Source of the DNA: an uncultured Clostridia bacterium | GTDB taxonomy: Bacteria; Bacillota; Dehalobacteriia; UBA4068 | DNA: 44,763 bases | NCBI GenBank assembly: GCA_944391235.1 | Contig: CALXSV010000022.1 | Location: 1-44,763, forward strand | Direction of reading: 5' to 3' | Part shown: piece after piece, positions 25,406 through 36,346 of the stretch | Position numbering within the stretch: the stretch's first letter is position 1 | How the letters are laid out: each line of letters begins with the position of its first letter | Position numbers and translations under genes: made by a program | Notes under the pieces: model-generated | The model's database searches: none | Seen by the model: only the letters and a program-made list of their open reading frames with translations | Told to the model about the DNA's origin: nothing

Positions 25406-27871
25406 TTATTTTACCACAATATTTACCAGTTTACCCGGAATGGCGATAGTTTTAATCGCAGCTTTACCACCAAGCCACTCGGTGTATTGCGGCAAGCCTT
25501 TAACCAGCTTTTCCATTTCCTCACGGCCCAAATTAGCGGGAATTTCAATGCGGCTTCTGATTTTGCCGTTTACCTGTACCGCGATTTCGATACTGTCGCG
25601 AACCAGTGCCGCTTCATCGTAGTCCGGCCACTGCTGTTCATGTACACTGTCCTGGTTGCCCAGTTCATGCCATAGCTCCTCAGTAATGTGTGGTGCAAAT
25701 GGCGCTAAAAGCAGCAGCATGGCTCTGGCCGCCTCCCCTAGGACAGCGCCTTTGGGCGCAGGTGTATCGAGATAATCATATATAGCATTGACCGCCTCCA
25801 TAATGGAGGAGATGGCGGTATTAAACTGACGGCGAACAGCAATATCTTCGCTGACCTTTTTGATTGTACCGTGCAGAGCGCGTCGGACATTTTTATCAGC
25901 TTCGTTCAACTCAGCTGGTAAGGCCTCATCCAGACCGCCCATATCTATCATCTGTACATACATCCGCCAAATACGGGAAAGGAAACGAGAGCAGCCTTCT
26001 ACCGCAGCATCATTCCATTCCAGATCGCGTTCTGGCGGTGCGGCGAACAGGATGAACAGGCGAGCTGTATCTGCACCAAAGCGAGCAATAATTTCTTCGG
26101 GACTTACCGTATTGCCTTTGGATTTACTCATTTTAGAGCCGTCTTTGAGCACCATGCCCTGTGTAAGCAGGTTAGTAAAGGGCTCGTCTGCCTCGACCAG
26201 ACCCATATCGTGGAAGACCTTCATGAAGAAGCGAGCGTACATGAGATGCAGGATGGCGTGTTCTACGCCGCCAATGTATTGATCAACTGGCATCCAGTAA
26301 TTGGCTGCGTCCTTGCTAAAGGCTTCCTGCGGGTTGTGCGCGTCGGTAAAGCGCAGAAAATACCAGCTGGAGCAGACAAAGGTGTCCATCGTATCCATCT
26401 CCCGCACGGCATGACCGCCACATTTGGGACAAGTCGTATCGCGGAAAGTTGGACTGGTTTTTAGCGGGCTTTCGCCAGTGGGTCGGAACTCCACATCCGT
26501 AGGTAGCAGCACAGGTAAGCGATCCAAGGGTAAGACCTGCTCGCCACATGTGTCGCAATATACAATGGGAATAGGCGCACCCCAGTATCTTTGACGGGAA
26601 ATTAGCCAGTCACGCAGGCGGTAATTGACCACACGTTTGCCAATTTGTTTGGCTTCCATATCCTCAGCCATCGCCACTTTGGCTTCGGTAACACTCAGGC
26701 CGTTATATTTTCCTGAATTTACCATTATACCATCGTAGCTTTCAAAGGCTTCTGTTAATTCACTGCCATCCCAGTCCTTGGGAGCTACTACACGTTTGAT
26801 TTGGTGGCCGTACTTTTTGGCAAAATCGTAGTCGCGCTGATCATGCGCGGGCACGCCCATGACTGCGCCGGTACCATATTCGTACAGAACATAGTTAGTA
26901 ATCCAAATCGGTACCTTTTCCTCTGTCATAGGGTTGATGGCATACGCGCCAATGAACATACCCTCTTTTTCCAAATCAGAGCTGGTTCTGTCAATAAAGC
27001 TCAGTTGGCTAACCTTTTTCTGGAATTCCTTTACCGGCTGCTCATATTCAGTACCCGCAGTCAGCTTATTGACCATGGGATGCTCTGGCGCCAGAACCAT
27101 ATAGGTTACGCCAAAAACGGTATCATGCCGCGTGGTAAAGACGGGAACCGCATCTCCTGCCTCCGTACGGAATTCCAGCTGCACGCCCTCGGAACGGCCT
27201 ATCCAGTTTTCCTGCATGGTCTTGACCTTATCCGGCCAACCCGGCAGCTTGTCCAGATCATCTAAAAGACGCTGTGCGTAATCGGTAATGCGGAAGAACC
27301 ACTGCTCTAAATCCTTTTTTTCCACAAGGCTATCGCAGCGCTCACAGCACCCATCTACGACCTGCTCGTTGGCCAGCACGGTGGAGCAGGATGGACACCA
27401 GTTGACAGCGGCTTTCTTTTTGTATGCCAGTCCGCGTTTATAAAACTGGGTAAAAATCCATTGCGTCCATTTGTAATATTCCGGCAGGCAGGTACCCTCC
27501 TCGCGGGACCAATCATAAGATATGCCCAGCGTTTTCAGCTGTTCGCGCATATTATTGATATTATCGCGGGTCCAGGGGTCTGGATGGACACCGTGTTGGA
27601 TGGCTGCATTTTCTGCTGGTAGACCAAAAGCGTCCCACCCCATGGGGTGCAGCACGTTTTTACCGTTCATGGTAAAATAGCGCGCCATTACATCTCCGAT
27701 GGAGTAATTGCGCACATGGCCCATGTGCAGCTTGCCGGAAGGGTAAGGGAACATTTCCAGTAGATAAAATTTTTCTTTATCTGTATCCTTTTTCACAGAG
27801 TGAAGGCCTTTGTATTCCCAATCCTTTTGCCATTTGCTTTCTATTGCAGTGGCATCATACTTCCTTTCCAT
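25406..27871 (-). CDS. leuS: leucine--tRNA ligase
   Basis: HIGH motif '[11 protein letters not shown]', KMSKS motif 'SKMSKSKGN', 'IESKWQKDW' N-terminus. Start taken at the second ATG (27871) because the first abuts the SD. Confidence 0.97.
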   Translation of the reverse strand: MERKYDATAIESKWQKDWEYKGLHSVKKDTDKEKFYLLEMFPYPSGKLHMGHVRNYSIGDVMARYFTMNGKNVLHPMGWDAFGLPAENAAIQHGVHPDPWTRDNINNMREQLKTLGISYDWSREEGTCLPEYYKWTQWIFTQFYKRGLAYKKKAAVNWCPSCSTVLANEQVVDGCCERCDSLVEKKDLEQWFFRITDYAQRLLDDLDKLPGWPDKVKTMQENWIGRSEGVQLEFRTEAGDAVPVFTTRHDTVFGVTYMVLAPEHPMVNKLTAGTEYEQPVKEFQKKVSQLSFIDRTSSDLEKEGMFIGAYAINPMTEEKVPIWITNYVLYEYGTGAVMGVPAHDQRDYDFAKKYGHQIKRVVAPKDWDGSELTEAFESYDGIMVNSGKYNGLSVTEAKVAMAEDMEAKQIGKRVVNYRLRDWLISRQRYWGAPIPIVYCDTCGEQVLPLDRLPVLLPTDVEFRPTGESPLKTSPTFRDTTCPKCGGHAVREMDTMDTFVCSSWYFLRFTDAHNPQEAFSKDAANYWMPVDQYIGGVEHAILHLMYARFFMKVFHDMGLVEADEPFTNLLTQGMVLKDGSKMSKSKGNTVSPEEIIARFGADTARLFILFAAPPERDLEWNDAAVEGCSRFLSRIWRMYVQMIDMGGLDEALPAELNEADKNVRRALHGTIKKVSEDIAVRRQFNTAISSIMEAVNAIYDYLDTPAPKGAVLGEAARAMLLLLAPFAPHITEELWHELGNQDSVHEQQWPDYDEAALVRDSIEIAVQVNGKIRSRIEIPANLGREEMEKLVKGLPQYTEWLGGKAAIKTIAIPGKLVNIVVK

Positions 27872-27917
27872 GTGTCCATGCATCCTCCTTTGTTAAATAG
27901 CGTTATAACGCAAAGAT

Positions 27918-27937
27918 AGGGGCTCTGACGAGCCCCT
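27918..27937 (-). terminator. hairpin after rpmB (weak or partial terminator)
   Basis: AGGGGCTC-GTCA-GAGCCCCT 8-bp stem. The downstream T-tract is poor (ATCTTTG). Confidence 0.35.
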
Positions 27938-27975
27938 TGCTGTTGATTGCAGGTTTCTTACTTGTGCCCGGTCAG

Positions 27976-28164
27976 TTAGTTTGCTCTCTGAACTTTACCG
28001 GAACGAAGGCAACGCGTGCATGCAGTAACCCTTTTGGGGGTTCCATCGACGATTGCGCGTACGGTTTGCAGATTAGGTTTCCACTGCCGTTTGGTACGGA
28101 TATGGGAATGGCTGATGCTCATACCAGAATGAACAGCTTTGCCGCAAATCTCGCATTTTGCCAT
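27976..28164 (-). CDS. rpmB: 50S ribosomal protein L28
   Basis: 'MAKCEICGKAVHSGMSISHSHIRTKRQWKPNLQ' is the canonical L28 sequence. Confidence 0.95.
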   Translation of the reverse strand: MAKCEICGKAVHSGMSISHSHIRTKRQWKPNLQTVRAIVDGTPKRVTACTRCLRSGKVQRAN

Positions 28165-28323
28165 GATACTGGCACCTCCTTTATTACAAGCGGTATATTA
28201 GTCGCATATTATTTTGAAGCGGAAAGATACCGCTTACTCGGCGTACTTAAACATTTTAGCAGATAAGCATAAGAATGGCAAGGCTTTTTTAAAAAAATGT
28301 GACTTTCTTGCCCGCTCCATTCG

Positions 28324-29391
28324 CTATTTTTCTTTTGCGTTGTTTGTGGAATTCCGTGGAGGCCAGATGAGGGAAATCCCATTGCTTAGCCAGTCTGTGT
28401 TACCGTTTGATTTTGGTAGCAATAGCTTTATTGCATGGTGCGCCACGTCTATTGTTAGCGGCAGGGTGCCAAAGTCCTCTCCATCCAGGTCTGTCACAAT
28501 GGTATCACCCTCTGTAGAGCGGAATTCTATATGCTTTGTTTGGAAATAAATCAGCATGGGGTCGCTTTCTCCCTGGGGTTTCCATTCGGAAAGCGCTTCT
28601 GCCGCATAGGGAAAGGTTTGCTTTAGTGACTCTATATCCAAAGCCAGATTGGCTGAATTCTTTTCCGAAGGCAACACGCTTAACAGGCGTTTCTTTTTTA
28701 GCATCAAAACATCAAACAAGCCGTCCGTTACATCCGCCTGATTCATCAAATAACGAATGGAGCCGACACTCATGGAATTGGATACAATACACAGATGATA
28801 TTCTCCTGAGCCGGAGGCCTCTTCCGAAGTAAATTCCAGTTGGAAAGAAGTAGCCAGCTCTGATGGGGCGTCGCGCAGAACTTTTAAATAATAGGCTAGC
28901 ATGCCTAAGGCGTTTTTCTGGTTTTGATCCGTACTGTGCGCAACCTTTGTAAACATGCCAAAGCTGGCTACATTGATAAAGTAACGGCCATTGGCACAGA
29001 CAATATCCACATCTTGATAGCAGGCCTCGGCAACCATTTTACAAAATGCATCTGCCGTACGCGGTAGGTGCATGCTGCTGGCAAAGTCGTTGCTGGTACC
29101 TGCGGCCAAGATAGCCAGGGGGATGTTGCTGTGGCTTTGCATCAGTCCGTTGATGATTTCGTTAATCGTACCATCGCCACCACAGCCGATAATTAAATCA
29201 AACTCCCCGGCTTTTATTGCCGCCGCCGCCTCCTTGGCGTGACCACGATATTCTGTTCGGGTAATGGAAACCTGCTCTGCCGTACCATCCAGCATCAGCT
29301 TACCAATAATATGCTCTAACTGGTATTGAATATTTTTTTTACCAGCCGGTCTTTTGCCGGATTGCGGATTGACAATAATCTTTATTTTCAT
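28324..29391 (-). CDS. diacylglycerol/lipid kinase family protein (DagK/YegS-like)
   Basis: 'KIIVNPQSGKR', 'GGDGTINE' and 'LAAGTSNDFA' motifs. Confidence 0.85.
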   Translation of the reverse strand: MKIKIIVNPQSGKRPAGKKNIQYQLEHIIGKLMLDGTAEQVSITRTEYRGHAKEAAAAIKAGEFDLIIGCGGDGTINEIINGLMQSHSNIPLAILAAGTSNDFASSMHLPRTADAFCKMVAEACYQDVDIVCANGRYFINVASFGMFTKVAHSTDQNQKNALGMLAYYLKVLRDAPSELATSFQLEFTSEEASGSGEYHLCIVSNSMSVGSIRYLMNQADVTDGLFDVLMLKKKRLLSVLPSEKNSANLALDIESLKQTFPYAAEALSEWKPQGESDPMLIYFQTKHIEFRSTEGDTIVTDLDGEDFGTLPLTIDVAHHAIKLLLPKSNGNTDWLSNGISLIWPPRNSTNNAKEK

Positions 29392-29512
29392 GGAAAATAC
29401 TCCTAGTTATACAAAAAGGAAGTCTTAATAAAAAATTTATATCTGTATTTATTTACTCCACAAATAAAAAAAATCCTGTAGGGACTGGTAAAAATCTGTT
29501 TTGCCGCTTACG

Positions 29513-29541
29513 TTGACAAGGACCCTCTTCGATAGTATGAT
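29513..29541 (+). promoter_or_regulatory. sigma-A type promoter of the radical SAM gene
   Basis: TTGACA (29513-29518), 17-nt spacer, TATGAT (29536-29541). Confidence 0.4.
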
Positions 29542-29611
29542 CAGAAGATGACAAGATAAGCGGCAGCTTAGGAAATGGGCTGTAAAATTTTTTATAAAGG
29601 ATTGACTACTT

Positions 29612-30514
29612 ATGTTGGCGAATGGGGCCATTTGTACAGTATGTCCGCGGCGTTGCGGAGTCGCCCGTGGTTTCACCTTTTCAGATACGAATACCGGGTA
29701 TTGCGGAATGGGACAATTGCCTGTGGTAGCGCGCGTAATGCTCCATATGTGGGAGGAGCCCTGCTTGAGTGGCAGCAATGGCGCTGGCGCAGTGTTTTTT
29801 AGCGGTTGTCCTCTGTCCTGTGTGTATTGTCAGAACTATAGCATCAGTCAGGGCAGGGAAGGTCGTCCAATCAGCATTGCGCGCTTGCGGGAAATTTTTG
29901 CCGAGTTGATTGCTGCTGGGGCGCATAATATAGATTTGGTGAGCCCCACCCACTTTAGCGAGGCCATTCTTGTAGCTTTGGAAGAGAAGGTATCCGTACC
30001 TGTAGTTTATAACAGCGGCGGCTATGATCTCGTAGAAACATTGCGTCGTTTTGCCGGTAAAATACAGATCTATTTGCCGGATTTGAAGTATATGAGCCGC
30101 ACACTTGCTGCGCGTTATTCCGCGGCTGCCGACTACCCGGAAATTGCTACGGCGGCTATACGCGAGATGTATCGGCAGACTGGTCCCTATGTATTGGATG
30201 ACAATGGCCTTTTACAGCAGGGTGTTTTGATTCGGCATCTGGTTTTGCCCGGGCAACTGGAAAATACCTTTGATGTGCTGGATTGGGTTGCCGAAACTTT
30301 TCGGCCCGGTCAGGTGCTGATTAGCCTGATGGCACAGTACACACCGGCTGGACGTGCTGGTGATTTTCCTGAATTAAACCAATCCTTAACTGTGGAGGAA
30401 TATCAGCGGGCTGTGGATTATATGTGGGGTCTTGGGATAGAGGACGGTTTTGTGCAGGAAATGGAGGCTTCCTCGACCCGTTTTATCCCGGATTTTGACG
30501 GCAGCGGTGTGTAG
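29612..30514 (+). CDS. radical SAM protein, PflX-like (pyruvate formate-lyase activase-related)
   Basis: 'FFSGCPLSCVYCQN' is a CxxxCxxC cluster motif. There is also an N-terminal Cys cluster 'CTVCPRRCGV'. Confidence 0.85.
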   Translation: MLANGAICTVCPRRCGVARGFTFSDTNTGYCGMGQLPVVARVMLHMWEEPCLSGSNGAGAVFFSGCPLSCVYCQNYSISQGREGRPISIARLREIFAELIAAGAHNIDLVSPTHFSEAILVALEEKVSVPVVYNSGGYDLVETLRRFAGKIQIYLPDLKYMSRTLAARYSAAADYPEIATAAIREMYRQTGPYVLDDNGLLQQGVLIRHLVLPGQLENTFDVLDWVAETFRPGQVLISLMAQYTPAGRAGDFPELNQSLTVEEYQRAVDYMWGLGIEDGFVQEMEASSTRFIPDFDGSGV

Positions 30515-30525
30515 CATTAAGCAAG

Positions 30526-31281
30526 CTATTTCCCAATATGATTGATGCGGCTGGCTAGACAGGCTGCTCCAAAACCATTGTCTATATTCACTACGCCAAT
30601 TCCACCCGCACAGGAATTTATCATGGATAACAGCGCGGATATACCGCCTAGATTGGCGCCGTACCCAATGCTGGTTGGAACAGCGACAACTGGACAATCT
30701 ACCAAACCTGCAACTACGCTGGCTAGCGCGCCTTCCATGCCTGCCACTGCAATGATAACGCGCGCAGACATAATTTCGTCCAGATGTGCCAACAATCTAT
30801 GTAAGCCCGCTACGCCGGCATCATAGATACGCAGCACCTGATTGCCGAAGAACTCTGCGCTGCGAGCTGCTTCCTCAGCTACGGCTATATCGCTGGTGCC
30901 AGCACAGATAACCGCAATGATGCCTTGCGGTCTTTCCTCGTTGTTATTTCCTCCTATAATAGCCAGATGAGATACAGGGTCATAGTCTGCGGCCAAGGTT
31001 TTCTGTATTTGTCGCGCCTTCTCATCATCCAGCCTAGTGATTAAAATGTGCTTTTGTCCCTTTTCCTGTAGCGCTGCACAGATTCCGCAGATTTGTTGTG
31101 CAGTTTTCCCAGCGCCATAAATGACTTCCGCTGCGCCCTGCCGCAATTCGCGATGCGTATCTACCTTTGCATAGCCAATATCTGTGAAGGGCTCCTGCTT
31201 GAGCTGTAATAAGGCTTGTTCCGGATCCACTTTACCGGCGGATACCTGTTTGAGTAGTTCCAAGATATGTGTCTTTTGCAT
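30526..31281 (-). CDS. larB: nickel-pincer cofactor biosynthesis protein LarB (AIR-carboxylase-like)
   Basis: 'AKVDTHRELRQGAAEVIYGAGKT' plus a PurE-like C-terminal half 'GMEGALASVVAGL'. Confidence 0.8.
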   Translation of the reverse strand: MQKTHILELLKQVSAGKVDPEQALLQLKQEPFTDIGYAKVDTHRELRQGAAEVIYGAGKTAQQICGICAALQEKGQKHILITRLDDEKARQIQKTLAADYDPVSHLAIIGGNNNEERPQGIIAVICAGTSDIAVAEEAARSAEFFGNQVLRIYDAGVAGLHRLLAHLDEIMSARVIIAVAGMEGALASVVAGLVDCPVVAVPTSIGYGANLGGISALLSMINSCAGGIGVVNIDNGFGAACLASRINHIGK

Positions 31282-31499
31282 ATGTTTTCATCCTCTTAAT
31301 TATGCGCTTGGACTGTTCTTTTGATGTAGACCATTTATTGCTTAAGAAAAGAGCAGCAGCTGTTTCTTGCTGGTGTACCTATATACGGGGCTATACGTAT
31401 TTGCACCACGCCTTAAAATTTAGCATATCATAAAATTATGCTGCACTCAAGCTGCAAGGCTTTTGTGCAGCTTTTACTTTTTGACTTTGAAGAAGGAGG

Positions 31500-31535
31500 A
31501 GCAGGAGTATCGTTGTTTGCAACAATACTCCTGCT
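31500..31535 (-). terminator. hairpin downstream of dapB
   Basis: AGCAGGAGTAT / ATACTCCTGCT 11-bp stem. The downstream tract is only moderately T-rich. Confidence 0.45.
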
Positions 31536-31574
31536 TGTTGTGTTCGATTGCCTCTTTTTCTTTCACGGCAGGGC

Positions 31575-32369
31575 TTAAAGCAACTTTTCCAGCCCAACTG
31601 TTAATCCCCGTAGATTGGCTATGCTGCGTAAGGCCAGGGCAACGCCTGGAAAAAAGCCTTCACGTCCAATATTTTCCTGGCTGATGCAAAGCCTTTGGCC
31701 TAGGCCGCCAAAAATAACCTCCTGTTTGGCTACTACGCCAGGCAGACGGATGCTATGGATATGCGTTTCTGCGTATTCGCCACCGCGGCAACCGGAAACG
31801 AGTTCTGTATTTTCTGTTTTCTGCTGCTTTCCCTGCTGGCGTTGCTCCTTGAGCATACGTGCTGTATGCAGGGCTGTTCCAGAAGGTGCATCCTGTTTTC
31901 CCTCGCTATGCATTTCAATAATTTCGTATTGAGGAAAATATTTGGCTGCTTCTGCGGCAAAACGCATCATCAAAATGGCGGAAAGCGCAAAATTGGGTGC
32001 CACGAACAAGGGCGCTTTATTGTCTATGGACAGTTTTTCCAATTCCCGGAGGTCCTCTTCATTTAAACCCGTTGTTCCAACAACACAGGGAATGGAAAGG
32101 GACAGAGCGCAGATAAGATTTGCTTTTACCGCAAGGGGACTGGTGAAATCCAGCATTACGTCTGGCCTGCTTTTTTGCAGAGCTGCAGCTAAATCTTCTT
32201 CTATGCATACGCCCAGTTTGCCATATCCGGTTATCTCACCAATATCCGTACCGTTGTGTAGCTTGTCCACGGCGGCGACCAGTTGCATGTCCTGTTCTGC
32301 CAGAATACCGGCAGCCATGGCGCGTCCCATTTTACCGGCGGCGCCATTGAGCAATATTCTGATTGTCAT
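31575..32369 (-). CDS. dapB: 4-hydroxy-tetrahydrodipicolinate reductase
   Basis: 'ILLNGAAGKMGRAM' dinucleotide fold and 'EMHSEGKQDAPSGTA' signature. Start set at ATG 32369 (SD GGGAGG). Confidence 0.9.
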   Translation of the reverse strand: MTIRILLNGAAGKMGRAMAAGILAEQDMQLVAAVDKLHNGTDIGEITGYGKLGVCIEEDLAAALQKSRPDVMLDFTSPLAVKANLICALSLSIPCVVGTTGLNEEDLRELEKLSIDNKAPLFVAPNFALSAILMMRFAAEAAKYFPQYEIIEMHSEGKQDAPSGTALHTARMLKEQRQQGKQQKTENTELVSGCRGGEYAETHIHSIRLPGVVAKQEVIFGGLGQRLCISQENIGREGFFPGVALALRSIANLRGLTVGLEKLL

Positions 32370-32448
32370 AAATAGACCTCCCTTGTTAACCGTTAACAAG
32401 GATAATTCACCGCCGCCGCTGATTTTTCCTTCTTTTTGTCTCCTCCTG

Positions 32449-32682
32449 TCAATAATACTCGATATCTACAACGATTACTTCTGGTCCAATTTTACGAATT
32501 GCTGACCAGGGAATGGACATTTCGCCTTTTCCTGCTCCACGGTTGCGTCCGGCCGGCGCAACAATTTCGGTAATCAGTCCGCTGGCCGGGTCAATCATTA
32601 AATCACTATCCCCAGCTGTGCCAATGATTTCGCCGTTATACAGGTTAATAATTCGTTTGCTGGCTAATTCTGATAAACGCAT
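32449..32682 (-). CDS. ymxH: YlmC/YmxH family sporulation protein (PRC barrel)
   Basis: 'MRLSELASKRIINLYNGEIIG' is the typical family N-terminus. Confidence 0.85.
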   Translation of the reverse strand: MRLSELASKRIINLYNGEIIGTAGDSDLMIDPASGLITEIVAPAGRNRGAGKGEMSIPWSAIRKIGPEVIVVDIEYY

Positions 32683-32730
32683 AAAAACACCTCCCTTATA
32701 AACGTATGCATTAGGGAGGTGTCCTATGTT

Positions 32731-33183
32731 TTATTTTAGGCCGCTGCTGCCAAATCCACCAGCACCGCGCTGACTGCTATTCAATTGCTCTACTTCTTGC
32801 CATTCTGCCTGATCTACAGGGGCGATAACCATTTGCGCGATGCGCATGCCCCGCTCAATAAGAAAATCCTGTTTGCTATGGTTTATGAGAATGACCTGAA
32901 TCTCGCCGCGGTAATCTGCATCAATGGTACCTGGTGCGTTAAGCACGGTAATCCCATTTTTTAAGGCCAGCCCACTGCGAGGACGTACTTGTGCTTCATA
33001 ACCGCAGGGTAACTCAATGGCAATGCCGCAGGGGATGGTCCCCCAGGTTCCCGCGGCAAGCACAACAGGCTGCTGTTCTGGTACAGCTGCCAGCAAATCA
33101 AGGCCAGCGGCCTGCTCGCTCTGGTATTGCGGTAGCGGCAGATTTATATAGTTTTCTAAGGTCTGAATACGCACTTTCACCAT
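32731..33183 (-). CDS. dut: dUTP diphosphatase
   Basis: '[29 protein letters not shown]' and C-terminal '[10 protein letters not shown]'. Confidence 0.92.
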   Translation of the reverse strand: MVKVRIQTLENYINLPLPQYQSEQAAGLDLLAAVPEQQPVVLAAGTWGTIPCGIAIELPCGYEAQVRPRSGLALKNGITVLNAPGTIDADYRGEIQVILINHSKQDFLIERGMRIAQMVIAPVDQAEWQEVEQLNSSQRGAGGFGSSGLK

Positions 33184-34430
33184 TAGAATAGCTCCCTTGT
33201 ACTTTTATGAACTGGTTTTGGTCCAACCTGGGCTAAAACCATGCTGCCTGGACGAATAACACGTTTGATAAAACGGTTAATGTCCTCTTCTGTTACCGCC
33301 ATCAGCTGCTGCACCGTATACTCTGGGTCGTATATGCGTCCCAGCAACAGCTCGTGCTTGCCCAGCTTACTCATAACCGCGCTGCTGCTTTCCAAGGAGA
33401 GCATGAGCGCACCCTTCATCTGCTCTTTGCTGCGATTGATTTCTGCACTGCTCAGGCCATTTGTAGCCAGGCGGGCAAATTCATTGCTCATGACCTCAAC
33501 CAACTCGTCCGCACGGTCTGGCTGGGTAGAGGAGTAAGCCATAAAAAAGCCGCCTTTGTTAAGCGTTTCTAATCCGGAGTATGGGCTATAGGATAGGCCC
33601 CGTTTTTCACGCACCTCCTGAAAAAGTCGGGACGATGAACTGCCGCCAAAGCTGCTGTTGACAATAGCGGCGGCATAGTAATCCGCATCCGCAATGCTAA
33701 TGGCAGGAAAGCCCATGCAGATATGGCTTTGCTCAATATCCTTTTCTAGATAAGCATCCCCACTGGCTGCCTCCGGCACGGGCAGTTCCGGCCAGGTTTG
33801 TGCTGTATCGTTAGAAAAAAGTTTTTCTGCCAATTCCGCTACCTGCTGCGGCTCCACATGCCCAGCAACCGCCAACACGGTTTCCGCTGTGTTATAGTGC
33901 TGCTGCCAGTATTGTCGCACATCCGTGGCTGATAAGCTGGCTACGTCAGCGGCTGTGCCGGAGATGCTGTGTCCATACGGATGCTGTGGCCATAGCGTAG
34001 CAGCGAACAGCTCATGTGCTCGCTCGTCTGGTTCATCCGTATACATGTTGATTTCTTCAATCACCACAGATTTCTCCCGCTCTGTGGCTTCCGGATCAAA
34101 GAGAGAATTGTGGTACATATCAGATAGCAGTTCCAGCGATAGGGTGAACTGCTCATCCAGACATCTGGTGTAAAAGCAAGTGATTTCTTTGGCAGTAAAG
34201 GCGTTTAATATGCCGCCGACATCATCCATCGCTGCGGAGATCTGCAATGCAGTACGGTTTTTGGTTCCTTTGAACAGCATATGCTCCAGCAGATGCGATA
34301 CGCCGTACTGTCCACGCTCCTCCCGCGCAGAACCAGTCTTAATCCATAGGCCGGTTGATACGGAGCGCAGGCCGGGGATATATTCTACCAACAGGCGCAT
34401 GCCATTGGATAAGGTAATTTTTTCCGTCAT
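33183..34430 (-). CDS. M16 family zinc peptidase (insulinase-like, YmxG/MlpA-type)
   Basis: '[14 protein letters not shown]' is the HxxEH zinc motif. Start set at ATG 34430 (SD GAGGA). The stop overlaps the dut ATG (TAATG). Confidence 0.85.
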   Translation of the reverse strand: MTEKITLSNGMRLLVEYIPGLRSVSTGLWIKTGSAREERGQYGVSHLLEHMLFKGTKNRTALQISAAMDDVGGILNAFTAKEITCFYTRCLDEQFTLSLELLSDMYHNSLFDPEATEREKSVVIEEINMYTDEPDERAHELFAATLWPQHPYGHSISGTAADVASLSATDVRQYWQQHYNTAETVLAVAGHVEPQQVAELAEKLFSNDTAQTWPELPVPEAASGDAYLEKDIEQSHICMGFPAISIADADYYAAAIVNSSFGGSSSSRLFQEVREKRGLSYSPYSGLETLNKGGFFMAYSSTQPDRADELVEVMSNEFARLATNGLSSAEINRSKEQMKGALMLSLESSSAVMSKLGKHELLLGRIYDPEYTVQQLMAVTEEDINRFIKRVIRPGSMVLAQVGPKPVHKSTRELF

Positions 34431-34467
34431 GTTAATCCTCGTTTCATATAATAATGTAAGCATTTTG

Positions 34468-35556
34468 TTATTCGCCAGCATTATTATAATTTCCTGCCGG
34501 AATAAGCGCGGTACTCCCCAGCTGTACGCCGTTTTTATCTACGAATCTTACCTGTAGGGGTAGTTCCCAGATGACCTGTATGTCCTGCGTATCCGTTTCC
34601 GGCAGCAAGAAAAAGACATCGTCCTGTGCGGCCAATAGGCCCTGTGCCGGGGTATAGGCAATTACATCGCCCGCATTGAGCGGGCGCAGCAGCATATAGT
34701 TATCTGCGGCCCAGTTGAGCAGACGCATGGATTCTCCATAACGGTCCGGACTGTTAAAAACAACGCTGATAAATAAGGCGGCTCCATCCTGATAGGCAGC
34801 AACCAAGCAGGGCCCTGCGTCATCGGTCGTTCCTGTTTTAACGCCAACGACATTCGTGTTTTGCCAGAGCAGTTTATTGGTGTTTTTATAACTGCGGTAA
34901 CTGCTATTCTCTCCAAAGCTGGTTTGCTTGCTGCCCACTGTTTCCGCAAAAAAGGCATTCTCCATGGCTGTGGCGGTAATCATGGCCAAGTCAATGGCGG
35001 ATATGACATGCCCCTCTGCGGGTAAGCCATTGGTGTTGACAAAGTGGCAGCTGTAAGCGCCCAATAGAGCAGCCTTGAGATTAAGCCAGTGCACAAATAG
35101 CGGCTCGCTGCCTGCGGTTGCTTCTGCTAGGGCAAAGCAGGCATCATTACCGGAATGAACCAGCGCGCCTTTGAGCAGATCCTCTATACTCAGCTGTTCT
35201 CCTTCTCGCAGATAGATGCTGCTTTCTCCCACTGCCGCCGCAGATGCGCTAATGGTCGTTTTCTCCTCTAAATCTGTCATATCCAGTGTCAGCAGTGCAG
35301 TGAGGATTTTGCCGCAGGAGGCAGGCGGCAGCAGCAGATTGCCATTGCTGGCAAAAAGAACTTGGCCGCTGCTCGCCTCGATTAAAGCTGCTGCAGCTGC
35401 GGTGGATAAGGGTAGATCGCTGGTTAATAAGGCTGCGGCTTCTTGCCCCTCTTCCTCCTCTTCATAAGGGAAAAGAATACAGGCGAGGATGCACAGCAGA
35501 GTAAAGATAACTGCTATGATAAGATTATAGACCGATATTTTGCGAAACCGTGACAA
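34468..35556 (-). CDS. D-alanyl-D-alanine carboxypeptidase (serine type, S11)
   Basis: 'SCGKILTA' (SxxK), 'HSGND' (SxN), 'KTGTT' (KTG). TTG start with strong SD GGAGGG 8 nt upstream. Confidence 0.85.
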   Translation of the reverse strand: MSRFRKISVYNLIIAVIFTLLCILACILFPYEEEEEGQEAAALLTSDLPLSTAAAAALIEASSGQVLFASNGNLLLPPASCGKILTALLTLDMTDLEEKTTISASAAAVGESSIYLREGEQLSIEDLLKGALVHSGNDACFALAEATAGSEPLFVHWLNLKAALLGAYSCHFVNTNGLPAEGHVISAIDLAMITATAMENAFFAETVGSKQTSFGENSSYRSYKNTNKLLWQNTNVVGVKTGTTDDAGPCLVAAYQDGAALFISVVFNSPDRYGESMRLLNWAADNYMLLRPLNAGDVIAYTPAQGLLAAQDDVFFLLPETDTQDIQVIWELPLQVRFVDKNGVQLGSTALIPAGNYNNAGE

Positions 35557-36262
35557 ATGTGTAACCCTCCGCCTGAAGATCCGTTATCAACTGTGGCAGA
35601 GCCTCTGCTGTGGAGGCAGTCGGATGTGCGAGAATAATCCCGCCGCCGCTGATTTTTTTCTTTACCCGTTGCATAATGGTATCTGCATCGGGCTTTTGCC
35701 AGTCTATCGTATCTACGCTCCAGAGAATGGTATGATAGCCGATTTGTGCGGCAGCCTGCAATACATGTTCTTCCTCTTCCCCTGATGGCGGTGCATACAG
35801 CTTCGTGGTGTATCCAGTAGCTGTGCGTATGCTTTCTTCTGTGTGAGTAATTTCATCAATGATTTCTTCGATGGAGGAGGCATTCGGGCTGCTGTGACTA
35901 TAGCCGTGATTGCCTATCTCATGCCCGGCCTCCGCAATCTGCTTGGCTAGTTCCGGGTTTTTATCACACCAGCGCCCAGTAAGAAAAAAGGTAACAGGCA
36001 CATTGTATTCCGCCAGCGTATCCAGCATGCCAGGTAAGTATTCCTCACCCCAGTCTACATTGATTGCCAGCGAGATATTGCTGCTATCCGTGTTCCCATT
36101 GCGGTATGGCGCTGGGGCGCTGGTGCTTTCCGGTGCGGAAACATCCTCAACATCTGGCACGGCATTTAAAAAGAATCCAGCGCCGCCAATAAGAATTGCC
36201 AGTGTTGCTACGTAGATTCCGGCCAGTTTGAGTTGGCGAGAACCAATAAAAAAACTGCGCAT
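35525..36262 (-). CDS. polysaccharide deacetylase family sporulation protein (PdaB-like)
   Basis: NodB-type motifs 'AINVDWGEEY', 'GNHGYSH' and 'ILAHP', with an N-terminal TM. Confidence 0.8.
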   Translation of the reverse strand: MRSFFIGSRQLKLAGIYVATLAILIGGAGFFLNAVPDVEDVSAPESTSAPAPYRNGNTDSSNISLAINVDWGEEYLPGMLDTLAEYNVPVTFFLTGRWCDKNPELAKQIAEAGHEIGNHGYSHSSPNASSIEEIIDEITHTEESIRTATGYTTKLYAPPSGEEEEHVLQAAAQIGYHTILWSVDTIDWQKPDADTIMQRVKKKISGGGIILAHPTASTAEALPQLITDLQAEGYTFVTVSQNIGL

Positions 36263-36346
36263 TTACATCCCTCCCAGTTTCATTCTATTAGCAAGATAGC
36301 CTGAATAGAATGGAATAAAATTGTTTTACTACAACAGGAGAGAGCT

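Noticed and set aside
25860-27265. Several 60-154-aa plus-strand ORFs inside leuS
   Set aside because: They are antisense to an unambiguous leuS (HIGH/KMSKS motifs) and are shadow ORFs.
27872-27975. Expected T-box leader upstream of leuS
   Set aside because: Only about 100 nt separate rpmB and leuS, and an 8-bp hairpin plus the SD occupy that space. It is far too short for a T-box and there is no 'AGAGA/GGUGNRA'-type T-box sequence. leuS is apparently read through from rpmB or has a minimal promoter.
31942-32505. 187-aa plus-strand ORF
   Set aside because: It is antisense to dapB, which has clear signatures. The sequence is Ser/Ala/Pro-rich with no RBS. It is a shadow ORF.
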